Virus record (IMG/VR): IMGVR_UViG_3300042484_002041
Location: 1 to 64,000 of that record
Reading direction: 5' to 3' (one strand)
DNA from: a virus
DNA: 64,000 nt
Part shown: in pieces, positions 1-9,929 of the stretch
How the letters are laid out: each line of letters starts with the position of its first letter
Position numbering within the stretch: the first letter of the stretch is position 1
Notes under the pieces: generated by a model
Told to the model about the DNA's origin: nothing
The model's input: the letters and a program-made list of their open reading frames with translations, nothing else
Database searches by the model: none
Program-made: the position numbers and the translations under genes

Positions 1-103
1 ATACAGAGACGCAGATGTCAGAGTTATTGTCCCCGAAGACGAAAGAGCAGCGTGTTACTATGGACAAGGAACTCAGTGGTGTACTGCGTCTTCGCGAAAC
101 AAC

Positions 104-334
104 ATGTTCAAAAATTACCAGAAACATGGACCACTGTATATCCTTCTCCCACAGAAGCCCGAAGAGCCTGGAGAGAAGTATCAGTTACAATTTGGCTCAA
201 ATCAATTTATGAATGCCAGAGATGAGCCTGTCAAGTTAAGTTATATCTTTAGTAAATTCCCTGGATTCAAAGAGTGGGCAGTTGCTAACGTTCCCGAGGT
301 TCAGGATAAAATTGAATATGCTTCTGATGAATAG
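104..334 (+). CDS. C-terminal part of a hypothetical protein that probably starts upstream of the window
   Basis: ORF at the window edge; the upstream frame appears open; phage-like content (YILLP..EKYQLQF..QFMN). Confidence 0.55.
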   Translation: MFKNYQKHGPLYILLPQKPEEPGEKYQLQFGSNQFMNARDEPVKLSYIFSKFPGFKEWAVANVPEVQDKIEYASDE

Positions 335-402
335 GTAGAAGAAGATATTCGCAATACTATCTTAAAAGATGGCGGTAACAAATAATAACAAGGGAGCGTT
401 AG

Positions 403-588
403 ATGGTAATCAATAATAAAAAGGTTGCTGCTAGAAAAAAAGTGGTAGTGCCTCCTCCGCCACCTCCGCCTTCACCAGCTGCAAAAGGTGTCCCGACTGC
501 CGCCATTGGTTTAGGTATGGTTGTTCTTACAAATTATCAAGCAGAAGTGAAACAGGTATTATCATTGTTATTGAAGGTAGTAATGTAA
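403..588 (+). CDS. Small Pro-rich protein with a hydrophobic C-terminus
   Basis: AAGGGAG SD upstream; poly-Pro tract; abuts the next ORF. Confidence 0.55.
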   Translation: MVINNKKVAARKKVVVPPPPPPPSPAAKGVPTAAIGLGMVVLTNYQAEVKQVLSLLLKVVM

Positions 589-589
589 T

Positions 590-1336
590 ATGAAAATATT
601 GAATAAATTTTTAGAATTTAAAAAAACTCCATACATCATCACAGGAATTATATTCCTTTGTAGCTTAGTAGTTCTGAGCTGTTTTAAAAATGCAGAAACA
701 CAGTTGTCTATTCTAAATCAAGCGGTGTCATTCAGTCGCAACATGACTAAATCATCTGACGAGTTGACCAACTACGCCAGATATTTTGTAACAACCAAAA
801 ATGAACAGTGGAGAACAGAATTTAACCATGTTCTTAAAATACGCAACGGTTCCATAGCAGATGAGGCCGGCGTTACAAAATCATTCAAAGATAGATTAAA
901 AGAGGTTCCCTTCCTGCAATCTGAAATAAACATAATATTGAATGCAGAACAGTTAAGTAACAATCTTGCCAAGTTAGAAGTTGCTGCATTTGCCTGGATT
1001 GACAAAGGTAAACCAGAATATAATACCGAAGTGCAGGTACATCACTACACTGCGGCACAGATGTTAATGTTTGGTGATGACTATAAAAAATATAAAAAAG
1101 AAATCGTCAATGCCACAACTGAATTTTATTCGTCAGTGGTCAACAGGTTACAATCACAATATTTGTTTTACATGTCAGTGGCCTGGGCGATGATTATTGT
1201 TATCAATCTGAGTCTAATTTTACTAGTGATGGTTATTAAGCATAAAGAAACACCAGTAACCAAACCTAATAGAACTATTAAAAAACCACCAATCAAAAAG
1301 CCAGTTGTTAAAAAAAGCACAGGGACACAACCATGA
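590..1336 (+). CDS. Two-TM membrane protein with a chemoreceptor-like periplasmic helical sensor domain
   Basis: TM at both ends; SSDELTNYARYFVTT...VLKIRNG resembles MCP/HK extracytoplasmic domains; Lys-rich tail. Confidence 0.55.
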   Translation: MKILNKFLEFKKTPYIITGIIFLCSLVVLSCFKNAETQLSILNQAVSFSRNMTKSSDELTNYARYFVTTKNEQWRTEFNHVLKIRNGSIADEAGVTKSFKDRLKEVPFLQSEINIILNAEQLSNNLAKLEVAAFAWIDKGKPEYNTEVQVHHYTAAQMLMFGDDYKKYKKEIVNATTEFYSSVVNRLQSQYLFYMSVAWAMIIVINLSLILLVMVIKHKETPVTKPNRTIKKPPIKKPVVKKSTGTQP

Positions 1337-1794
1337 GAACACAAGAATTCATCACTGAGTTATTTGACCCAAAAACAGCCCTGCCCTTAAAGTGGGATCA
1401 GCAGTTTGCTGCCAGTCATAACGAAGTTCATGCCGAAGCAATGGACGAAGAGGGCCGGGAACTTTATATATCATTTGTCCCTGTGGGTTTTCGCAGCACT
1501 GTTATTGAGATAACATTCACCCGCGAAGGTAGTTATGATATTACTGGACAAGGCGATGCTGCCCGAGTATTGGCCACTGTTGCTAAAGCAATTGATATCT
1601 ATTTGCGTAAGTATAGCCCCAAATATGTTGTGTTCAGTTCCAAGGAAGGTAGCAGGACAGGGGTTTACTCGGCAATGGTACGCAGATTGCTCAAGGGCTA
1701 TACACAAGTACCACCTGATCAGTTTCCGCCTGGATTAGAAGAGTGGGGGGGAAACACACAAGGTGGGACCCCGTTTGTATTCAAGAGAATATGA
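1333..1794 (+). CDS. Hypothetical protein with a capsid-targeting-like N-terminus (MRTQEFITE)
   Basis: N-terminus resembles the T4 internal-protein CTS MKTYQEFIAE. Confidence 0.6.
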   Translation: MRTQEFITELFDPKTALPLKWDQQFAASHNEVHAEAMDEEGRELYISFVPVGFRSTVIEITFTREGSYDITGQGDAARVLATVAKAIDIYLRKYSPKYVVFSSKEGSRTGVYSAMVRRLLKGYTQVPPDQFPPGLEEWGGNTQGGTPFVFKRI

Positions 1795-1823
1795 AACCCA
1801 CAATAGCAAATCGCTAACGTGAT

Positions 1824-2963
1824 ATGAAAAATAAAAAATATTTTTGTTACGAAATTTATAAAAATCTCGCAGTATGGTCGCATAATGGCAAATTAGGGTA
1901 TAATCCTTGTTCATTCTTTAATGGCTACATCAAAACAGCATCTGAGTTTAACTTAGAAGAGGTATGGAATAGTCACGAGCACAACGAGTTAAAGAGATGT
2001 GTCGAAAACGACATACCTATCAATGGATGTAAAGCATGTTACACAGCCGAAGAGAACGGGCTCGAGAGCCGGCGGCAAGGGGCAAAAAAATTATATGAAG
2101 AATTTCATGCAGATACTAACATTGAACTTGACGCCCCCCAAGGTCTTGATTATAGCGTCGGTAATTTATGCAACTTAAAGTGTGTAATATGCGGGCCATC
2201 TAATAGTTCACAGTGGGTAAGTGATTACCAAAAACTAAATCCTCAGCGCAATATGGCAGAATTTCAATACAACAAATATAGTCAAATTGAAATTACTAAT
2301 CCTGAACTATTAAAAAATCTAACATCTGTGCATTTTCACGGTGGCGGCGAACCGTTGTTATCAACCAATCATGTTAAACTTTTGACAAAAATTCAAGAAG
2401 TTAAAGGATTATCAGATGTCAGAGTGTTTTACAATGTTAATGGTACAAAAACTGTATCTGATGAAATATTAAAACTTTGGGAAGAATGTAAATTGATTGA
2501 ACTTTACTTTAGTATTGATAGTATAGGGGAACATTTTGATTATCAACGTACTAATGCACACTGGCCAAATGTAGAGTCAAATTTAAAATGGTTTTACAAA
2601 AATATGCCGCACAACCACATGTTTAACATAAACTGTACATGGAGTTACCTTAACTTTTATTATCTCGACGAAGTATATGATTGGTGGCAAAATAACTTTT
2701 CTTCTAACAGATATGGCGATCCGACAAATTTAATTTTTCAAAAAGCCGTCGGGGTATATAGTCTCGATCATCTATCATCCCTGGCTCACCAAACACTGTT
2801 TGACAAATTCCAGGAGCGTAGTGAGTTGCTGGCGCTACTAAGATCTATATCACTTGGTGATCAGACGCATGATCAGTTTTGGGCATCAATAACAGCGTTG
2901 GACAAAATAAGAAACACTAATTTTAAAACTTCGAACCCAACTTGGAGCAATCTCATATCATGA
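1824..2963 (+). CDS. Radical SAM protein with an N-terminal SPASM/twitch-like Cys cluster
   Basis: CNLKCVIC motif; GGEP; N-terminal PC...CKAC. Confidence 0.85.
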   Translation: MKNKKYFCYEIYKNLAVWSHNGKLGYNPCSFFNGYIKTASEFNLEEVWNSHEHNELKRCVENDIPINGCKACYTAEENGLESRRQGAKKLYEEFHADTNIELDAPQGLDYSVGNLCNLKCVICGPSNSSQWVSDYQKLNPQRNMAEFQYNKYSQIEITNPELLKNLTSVHFHGGGEPLLSTNHVKLLTKIQEVKGLSDVRVFYNVNGTKTVSDEILKLWEECKLIELYFSIDSIGEHFDYQRTNAHWPNVESNLKWFYKNMPHNHMFNINCTWSYLNFYYLDEVYDWWQNNFSSNRYGDPTNLIFQKAVGVYSLDHLSSLAHQTLFDKFQERSELLALLRSISLGDQTHDQFWASITALDKIRNTNFKTSNPTWSNLIS

Positions 2964-3499
2964 TATTATGTACCGGAAACCCATTTCATACCACTGTTGC
3001 CGCAGCGGTTAGTAGAGTATTCCCGGAAGCAAAGTTTGCAAGCAGAGCCACCGGATTTGATTTAAGATTTTGGGATCAAGGGAGCGAAGATTTTTTTCGC
3101 AAAGAGATCAAGAATTATAACATTTTTATCAATAGCTCTTTTATTTGCAGTGGAGGACAGTCGGCATTGTTAGAAGCAGCCTGGCACGAGTGGGCAAATA
3201 ATAACATTCAAGGTCACATAATAAACATTGGTAGCACCGCTGAATGGACAGGGATTGATGCTAGTCCATTTGATAGTATGTATGGGGCATATAGTATCCA
3301 AAAGAGAGCACTGCGGGATCGTAGCCTCCAACTAAACAATAAAAAAGGAATCAAAACGTCGCATATAATTGCCGGAGGGTTGAACGACGGCAAATTAGGG
3401 CACGAAAACTGGTTAAGCCTGGACCATGTAGCTAACACTATCCAATGGATCATTGATCATCCTGTTAATATTCCGTTGATTGAAATCAGAAGTGCTTGA
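2960..3499 (+). CDS. Short-chain dehydrogenase/reductase-like protein
   Basis: IFINSS, IINIGS, YxxxK (YSIQK); paralog at 42800. Confidence 0.65.
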   Translation: MILCTGNPFHTTVAAAVSRVFPEAKFASRATGFDLRFWDQGSEDFFRKEIKNYNIFINSSFICSGGQSALLEAAWHEWANNNIQGHIINIGSTAEWTGIDASPFDSMYGAYSIQKRALRDRSLQLNNKKGIKTSHIIAGGLNDGKLGHENWLSLDHVANTIQWIIDHPVNIPLIEIRSA

Positions 3500-3514
3500 T
3501 CGATAATTCGTAGC

Positions 3515-4165
3515 ATGAAACACACAATAGCAATCTTCTTACATCATCCAGAATGTAGTGAGGACTGCGTCAATGGCATGACAGCGGCCTTAGGTGCGCA
3601 TTACACCATTAAAACATTTGGGGTCGATGAATGCTCGGCCGAAACATTTGTTGGAATAGATATCGTTGCATTCCCGGGTGGCATAGGTGATGCCGGCTCT
3701 TATGATAGATTCTTCCGTCGTAAAGCACAAAATGCAGTAGCTGACTATGTAGCCAACGGTGGCAGATATCTTGGTATCTGTATGGGTGCGTATTGGGCCG
3801 GCGGCCATTACTTTGACCTGCTGGACGGAGTAGATGCTGTACAATACATAAAACAACCCACCAGTGATATCAAACGCAGCTATGGCACAGTGGCTCCTGT
3901 ATTATGGGATAATAAACCAGAAAATATATTCTTCTATGATGGGTGTGCCCTGGTAGGTGATTCAGCTAAGTTTGAAACTGTTGCAACATATGCCAATGGT
4001 GATGCAATGGCAATCATACAGAATAGAGTTGGTATTATAGGATGTCATCCCGAAAGTCTTGAATATTGGTACGAGTCGCCTTATCAGTATATCGACCGGT
4101 ATTGGCACCACGGTGCTCACCACAAGTTATTACTGGGCTTTGTGGATCAACTAATGAATAAATAA
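3515..4165 (+). CDS. Class I glutamine amidotransferase-like protein (BPL_N type)
   Basis: FPGG, YLGICMGAY nucleophile elbow, HPE. Confidence 0.8.
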   Translation: MKHTIAIFLHHPECSEDCVNGMTAALGAHYTIKTFGVDECSAETFVGIDIVAFPGGIGDAGSYDRFFRRKAQNAVADYVANGGRYLGICMGAYWAGGHYFDLLDGVDAVQYIKQPTSDIKRSYGTVAPVLWDNKPENIFFYDGCALVGDSAKFETVATYANGDAMAIIQNRVGIIGCHPESLEYWYESPYQYIDRYWHHGAHHKLLLGFVDQLMNK

Positions 4166-4169
4166 TCCC

Positions 4170-4700
4170 ATGCAAGCACACGAATTCATATTTGAGTACG
4201 ACGAGGACTATCGAATACCTCATCGTGCGCCCATGCACGACAGTGGATCACCACTGTATGATGTGACTGGAACTTATCCGGATGACATATATGGCCCAAA
4301 TGGTGTTCAATATTATGGCACTAGAGAACCGTGGGATGCCCGATCAATTCATGTTATTAAGTTATGCAAGGGCAAGCCTAATCAAACTGTTCAAATTTTC
4401 CGTGCAGTGCCAAAAGAGGTTAAATCAAATACAATTAATCCAGGTGACTGGGTCACTGTTAGCAGGGAATATGCGGCCCAGCATGGCAAGGGACTGGGCA
4501 AGTATAAATTATTAAGCAAGATTGTTCCGGCTAAAACACTGTTCACCAATGGTGATAGCATTCATGAATGGGGATATGATCCGGGTAGTGCAGCACAACC
4601 TGTGGCAGAAGGCTGGAGCCAAAAATACAAGAGCAGCATCAACTGTGCTAAAACTCCAGACAAGGCCATATGTAAAGCCCGACGTAGGTGGAATTGCTAA
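4170..4700 (+). CDS. Putative ADP-ribosyltransferase-fold protein with a CTS-like N-terminus
   Basis: MQAHEFIFE; IFRAV...WVTVSREYA..HG...EWGY has R-S-E-like spacing. Confidence 0.45.
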   Translation: MQAHEFIFEYDEDYRIPHRAPMHDSGSPLYDVTGTYPDDIYGPNGVQYYGTREPWDARSIHVIKLCKGKPNQTVQIFRAVPKEVKSNTINPGDWVTVSREYAAQHGKGLGKYKLLSKIVPAKTLFTNGDSIHEWGYDPGSAAQPVAEGWSQKYKSSINCAKTPDKAICKARRRWNC

Positions 4701-5005
4701 TGAGACTATATGAATTTGCACCCGGCTCTGGTAACAACAAAGGGCCCGGCCCGGCCGTGAATGAAAATCTTCGCGACTGGTTCAAAGACAAATGGGTACG
4801 ATTTGGGCCCGACGGTAAGATACGCGGCGACTGTGCTCGAGGTTCAGAATCTGAAGGCAAGCCCAAGTGTTTGCCACGGAGCAAGGCACATGCTCTAGGC
4901 AAAAAAGGTCGGGCAAGTGCAGCGGCCCGGAAACGACGTAAAGATCCCGATGCCAACCGTTCAGGCGCAGCAATCAATGTCAGCACAAAAGGTGCCAAGA
5001 AATGA
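4700..5005 (+). CDS. Small basic conserved phage protein (LRDWF..KWV family)
   Basis: ATG overlaps the upstream stop; MRLYEF start; basic C-terminus. Confidence 0.65.
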   Translation: MRLYEFAPGSGNNKGPGPAVNENLRDWFKDKWVRFGPDGKIRGDCARGSESEGKPKCLPRSKAHALGKKGRASAAARKRRKDPDANRSGAAINVSTKGAKK

Positions 5006-5637
5006 CATTTTTAGTTGCCAACCTACCACCTGTACACTGTTGGATTCGTCGAGAGTTTCTATACGATTTCAAATCAGGGCACGGCGAATATGAACCCTGC
5101 ACCTGGGTCACAATCAAAAGCCTACGCAGCCAGGCCTTTAGAATAGAAAGCTACCTGCCCAGATACGCGGCACTGTATGACAAAATACCTCTGCATGCCT
5201 ATGTGAGCAGGAGCACTGATCTAGAACCAGACAAGTTCCTGAGCCTTGATACACTACAGATCTGGGACTGCTTCAGCTATGATATTGCTGTGATACAAAA
5301 GGCTTTTCTACGCAATCTTTCATGTGAATTTTTTGCCAAGGATCGTCAGTTGCACAAAGGTGACTACTTGTTTACTGTGGACAACGCAGCACCGGATCTC
5401 AACACGCTGGACACCAGCTACTCGGAATGGCCCGAAGACCACAAGAGCTTCAACTTCATACAGCTGAACAATGGTCAATATGCTGCTCAACCCAACAATC
5501 GTTGTAGATTTTTTGACGCTGCATCAAATCCCCAAGAGATCCTACATCCAGATTTCAAAGTGGCCACAAAGAAATGGGTAGTAGAAACCAATCCCAAATG
5601 GCGCCTGGGAGACTCAGACACTGTGACTTACGAATAA
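5002..5637 (+). CDS. Conserved hypothetical phage protein
   Basis: 211-aa ORF (ANLPP...LQIWDCFSY...AAQPNNR); translationally coupled. Confidence 0.7.
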   Translation: MTFLVANLPPVHCWIRREFLYDFKSGHGEYEPCTWVTIKSLRSQAFRIESYLPRYAALYDKIPLHAYVSRSTDLEPDKFLSLDTLQIWDCFSYDIAVIQKAFLRNLSCEFFAKDRQLHKGDYLFTVDNAAPDLNTLDTSYSEWPEDHKSFNFIQLNNGQYAAQPNNRCRFFDAASNPQEILHPDFKVATKKWVVETNPKWRLGDSDTVTYE

Positions 5638-5653
5638 CTAGAGAAGTACGCAA

Positions 5654-6331
5654 ATGAACATAAATGATATCATTACAGAATCACAACACACATGTCCGCA
5701 CTGCGGTGGCTCTGTGGTTGAATATTCAGAACTGACAGAAAAGAAAGATGCCTGCTACTACAAGGTCAAGGCTTCGGCAAAAGTATGGCCCAGTGCTTAT
5801 GCATCAGGTCGCTTGGTGCAGTGTCGCAAAAAAGGTGCTGCCAATTATGGCAACAAGTCAGAAAGTGTAGCAGAAAACTTTGCTGATGGTAAAGGTCCTG
5901 GACGTCCCGGAGACAGCGGTCGTCACGGTATTCCTAAGAATGCCACTATGGCTGAATTAGAAAAGGCCAGCCGTAGTGCAGGTCGTAAAGGGCAGCTGGC
6001 CCGTTGGCAATTGAACATGCGCAGAGGCAAGGCCAAGTTGTCAGAAATTAAACAACGCTTAGACGCCAAGTGCTGGCCGGGCACACGAAAAGAAGGCACC
6101 AAGATCAAAGGTGGCATCAGAGTCAACAACTGTGTGCCAGTGTCAGAAACAGGTGTTAAAACCCCCCAACTGAAAACTTATGCTGCCCGTGTCAAACTCA
6201 AACAAGCAGGATACACCAACATTGTTGATGCTACTGTAATGGCTCGAAACCCGGAGATGGCACGGCGCTTGCTGCACCAACTGTATGGCGGCAACAGCAG
6301 TGTGGTTGGACAGCCTAGAGAAATCAAGTAA
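5654..6331 (+). CDS. Modular basic protein with a CTS-like start and E-delimited modules
   Basis: MNINDIITE; modules KKDACYYKVK..WPSAYASG, ENFADG, CWPG..KKEG. Confidence 0.7.
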   Translation: MNINDIITESQHTCPHCGGSVVEYSELTEKKDACYYKVKASAKVWPSAYASGRLVQCRKKGAANYGNKSESVAENFADGKGPGRPGDSGRHGIPKNATMAELEKASRSAGRKGQLARWQLNMRRGKAKLSEIKQRLDAKCWPGTRKEGTKIKGGIRVNNCVPVSETGVKTPQLKTYAARVKLKQAGYTNIVDATVMARNPEMARRLLHQLYGGNSSVVGQPREIK

Positions 6332-6375
6332 CATTCAATACGCCTGTGGCGTGATCTACAGCCGCTAAATAAGGC

Positions 6376-6663
6376 GTGAACACTAAATTTGTCAAAGCCA
6401 CCATTGATATCAATTGCGACTGGACCGGTACCGAACCCGGATACCGCGTGTATGTTAATGATGAATTGTTTACCGAGCGGGTCTGGCGCTGGCGAGATTG
6501 TTACATCCAGGAGATGTTGCAGATTCAAGCAGAGCCCGGCTCGTACACTGTTCGACTAGAGCCAGTGAATGCGCAGCAAGCTCGATTCCACGTGAGCAAT
6601 CCACAAGTTGAAAACGGGCCGGCGCGCTGGATCGACAACGACACTTTAAGCATAGAACAATGA
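6376..6663 (+). CDS. Hypothetical protein
   Basis: GTG start 5 nt after TAAATA. Confidence 0.6.
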   Translation: MNTKFVKATIDINCDWTGTEPGYRVYVNDELFTERVWRWRDCYIQEMLQIQAEPGSYTVRLEPVNAQQARFHVSNPQVENGPARWIDNDTLSIEQ

Positions 6664-6839
6664 GATATAAAGAATTTCTACCCGAAAGCATGGGCGGCAC
6701 TACTACATCTGGCAGTGTGGCCACGGTTGATAACGGCCTTGGTGGCGAACTTCCGCGTTACAAAACACCAACAAACGCTAAATATCGTAACACGGCTCCT
6801 GAAGTCATTAAGAAACGGAATAAACATGCTCGGCGATGA
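6660..6839 (+). CDS. Small CTS-bearing protein, 59 aa (MRYKEFLPESMGGTTTSGSVA...); not in the ORF track
   Basis: ATGA overlap with the upstream gene; CTS-like N-terminus. Confidence 0.6.
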   Translation: MRYKEFLPESMGGTTTSGSVATVDNGLGGELPRYKTPTNAKYRNTAPEVIKKRNKHARR

Positions 6840-7266
6840 TCTAAAAACACTGTTGGCCACACAATATGCTTTTGTTATTAAGGCACAGTACTTTCACTGG
6901 AACGTGGAAGGTCCGGACTTTGGGCAGCTACACAAGTTTTTCCAAAAAATCTACGAGAATGTAAACGGAGCAATTGACCCCACTGCCGAATACATCCGTA
7001 CCTTGGATGAATACACACCAGGCAGCTTTGAACGCTTCGTTGATCTGAGTCAGATCACAGGACAGACCAAGGTTCCTCGAGCTAGACTCATGCTGCAAGA
7101 ATTACTAGCCGACAATCAAACCATGCTCGATCTGTTGAACACCACTTTCCGGGCTGCTCAAAACGAGCGACAGGAAGGTATTGCGAATTTCATTGCCGAG
7201 CGCATCTCTGCACATGGCAAATTTTCCTGGCAACTCAAATCTTACCTGAAGGACGCACGGGCATGA
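6826..7266 (+). CDS. dps: Dps/ferritin-like DNA starvation protein
   Basis: FHWNVEGPDF..LHKFF, AEYIR, H.K..WQL motifs. Confidence 0.9.
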   Translation: MLGDDLKTLLATQYAFVIKAQYFHWNVEGPDFGQLHKFFQKIYENVNGAIDPTAEYIRTLDEYTPGSFERFVDLSQITGQTKVPRARLMLQELLADNQTMLDLLNTTFRAAQNERQEGIANFIAERISAHGKFSWQLKSYLKDARA

Positions 7267-9929
7267 GCTCTACTGATATCTCAAACATTCTAAAGCAGCT
7301 GGATGAACTGTCACAGCCCCGGCAGTTGCCGGCCCTGTTCAAGCCACACAACATCAGCCCTGTGCTGGGATCTCCAGAAAAGAAAAACCCCATGTCTGGC
7401 TACTTTGTGGGCGGCGAGGGTGCAGAGCCTGATGCCAAACCAGTCTGGTATGCAATTCGCCACCGTGACACGGGTCACACACTCAGCTCACACAAAGATG
7501 AAGCAGCGGCCCGTGATGAGATGGCTGGCCTGGGTGACCGGCGTCAAGAATACAAACTGGTGAAAACTTCTCGGCGTCCAAATCAGTTCGGACTTGATGA
7601 AGAAGACTCCGGTGGCCAACAATATGCTGTCACTATTGACGCAATTGATCACGGTGTATTGTCGCCCATCACTGTGACAGCATCAAACCCGGCTGCGGCC
7701 AAACAAAAAGCCATTGCAAGTGCAACAGCATCCATGGCCAAACGTGGGTATGAACTACAGGTTCGTAGTGCCGCTGTTAAATCTGCACAAGGTGTAGCAG
7801 AAGCAAAAGTTATTGGACATGTAGGAGATGTTGCCGGACACGGTAAAGTAGTTCAGTGTGCCAAATGTGAAACCGATCTCCGTGATGATCATGGATTTGC
7901 GTTGGACAATGGCACTTACATTTGCCGAAGCGGCAAGTGTTCTATGAGGCAGGCAAAGAACCGCCTGGCTGCGATGGCAGCACGAGGTGAAAAACCTCGT
8001 TGGAGAAAAGATGAAGGTGTGGCGGAAGCAACTGGTGACAAACGATTTGATTCGATGATGGGTAAGATCACGGGTGGTGCTGGCGCTAGGCAAGGTGTAG
8101 ATAGTTTGAATAAGTCTCTCACTGCAAGAACAGGCAGTAACCCCGAAACCGCATTGGCCAAATGGGGCCAGGAATTTATAAAATGGCTTGAAGATATTTG
8201 TCGTAACTTTGCCAAGCAAGGTGCAGATAGGATTAGTAAATTAGAAAATTTAGGTAACCTTGACGACGGTGGCGAAACTATGGCGCACTGGTTGATTGAG
8301 GTTGCTAAAAAGACCAATACCTCGGGCATCACACCGGCTGACATACAGGAATTTTCTAGCGAGTTTAATACCCACGGAATGTGGGCTTGGCAGCATTTCC
8401 CTATAGCCTGGAGTCAGAGCGAATGGCAAGACTACAAAGATCAATGGACTGGCCCCGATGGTTACATAGCCAGTCTAGGACAAGGTGTGGCGGAAGGCTC
8501 TTCATCGCCTGATGAATATAAACGTAGATTGGCTAGCATACAATCGTTAAGATACGATAATCCACAGGAATATGCAAAGCAATATCGTGCTTTACTCCAG
8601 GCGATGCCGGAAGAACACGCAGCACATGCTAATCAGGCACAGAAAGGTTCGTATTCTCCCGGAGAGCGCGGAGCAGGTACTGGTCGTATCGGGGGTGTGG
8701 CGGAAGAAGCAAGCCCGATGATTACGCCTCCTTCTAATCGCTTTGACAGCAAGCAAGAAGCATTTGCACATGCCAAAGCTCACGGCGGCAAGGTATTCAA
8801 GAGCACATATACAGATCCCAACACCGGAAACAAAAATGTATCTTTTGTTGTTAAAAAGGATCAAGATGTCGAGGAAGGCTGGAAACAAAAGCTTGGTGCA
8901 GCAGCGTTGGCAGGTTCAATGGCCATGGGTGCAAGTGCAGGCGGCGTCTCGTTGCCCGGGTCCGGTGGCAGCTTTACTCCCGACGCTCAACAAACCTTAA
9001 ATCAGCGTGTACAAGCAACAAAGGATGCCGAAGCTAAAGAGCATGAGGAAAGCATGGCTCGGTGGGGTATTGGATATTTAAAAGGAGTGGTGGCCGCAGG
9101 ACCAGGTTCGAGAGCATTAGTCCCATACGAAGATGCCAAGAAAGAATTAGCCCGTCGTGAGGCAGCATACCAAAAACGAGCTCAAGGTGTAGATGAAGTC
9201 GCACCCCCGGGTGCTCGGGCCGAACGCATGGTCAAGCACATCAAGCAAGGTTATGCCAAGGACGGCAAACTGACCGGTAAAGAAAAAGCCATTGCGTATG
9301 CCACCACATGGAAAGCACACAACCAGGGACAGGTAGAAGAGGCCAGCGCGGATCTGGTCGGATTTCACTTGGATACCGAACGTGCGTACAATGCTGTAAT
9401 GGAAAGATTTGGTGATGTGGTTGAGCAAGACCCTGAGTCGGGCATGATGACTGTACCTCGCCGCTACTGGCCGCAGCTGGAACAGGTTGCACATGATGCC
9501 GATGGTATTGGTGCTATCGAAGCCGGCGGTGAAAAAATTGCAGTAGACGAAGTTGAAGAGTCTTACTGGCAGCCCCAGATTGATGAGGCCATTGCACAGG
9601 AAGATGTGTTAGACAAAGAAAAGCGCCACCTGGGCGACTACCTGCAAAGTGTAGCCGATGCAGTCAAGCATGACGCTGCGCTATCCAGCAAAGACACACC
9701 TACCCACAGTGGCGACACAATTGGATCAGCAGTTAAAACTGTCACAACTGATGACGGACATGATCTCAAGATTCACGGTAACGAGGACGACGGCTTCCGT
9801 ATCAGTATCAAGGGTCGTCCCAGTTCGGTCAAGTTCAAGAGCCTAGACGAAGCCGGCATGGCATGTGAAATGTATCGCTCACATCGGCGCCACAAGCTGG
9901 AGTCAGCAGACTACATCGAGGAACAATAA
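7263..9929 (+). CDS. 888-aa modular putative head internal (poly)protein with repeated (Q/E/G)GVAE linkers
   Basis: Unrelated modules separated by QGVAEA, EGVAEA, QGVAEG, GGVAEE, QDVEEG, QGVDEV, GQVEEA. Confidence 0.75.
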   Translation: MSSTDISNILKQLDELSQPRQLPALFKPHNISPVLGSPEKKNPMSGYFVGGEGAEPDAKPVWYAIRHRDTGHTLSSHKDEAAARDEMAGLGDRRQEYKLVKTSRRPNQFGLDEEDSGGQQYAVTIDAIDHGVLSPITVTASNPAAAKQKAIASATASMAKRGYELQVRSAAVKSAQGVAEAKVIGHVGDVAGHGKVVQCAKCETDLRDDHGFALDNGTYICRSGKCSMRQAKNRLAAMAARGEKPRWRKDEGVAEATGDKRFDSMMGKITGGAGARQGVDSLNKSLTARTGSNPETALAKWGQEFIKWLEDICRNFAKQGADRISKLENLGNLDDGGETMAHWLIEVAKKTNTSGITPADIQEFSSEFNTHGMWAWQHFPIAWSQSEWQDYKDQWTGPDGYIASLGQGVAEGSSSPDEYKRRLASIQSLRYDNPQEYAKQYRALLQAMPEEHAAHANQAQKGSYSPGERGAGTGRIGGVAEEASPMITPPSNRFDSKQEAFAHAKAHGGKVFKSTYTDPNTGNKNVSFVVKKDQDVEEGWKQKLGAAALAGSMAMGASAGGVSLPGSGGSFTPDAQQTLNQRVQATKDAEAKEHEESMARWGIGYLKGVVAAGPGSRALVPYEDAKKELARREAAYQKRAQGVDEVAPPGARAERMVKHIKQGYAKDGKLTGKEKAIAYATTWKAHNQGQVEEASADLVGFHLDTERAYNAVMERFGDVVEQDPESGMMTVPRRYWPQLEQVAHDADGIGAIEAGGEKIAVDEVEESYWQPQIDEAIAQEDVLDKEKRHLGDYLQSVADAVKHDAALSSKDTPTHSGDTIGSAVKTVTTDDGHDLKIHGNEDDGFRISIKGRPSSVKFKSLDEAGMACEMYRSHRRHKLESADYIEEQ

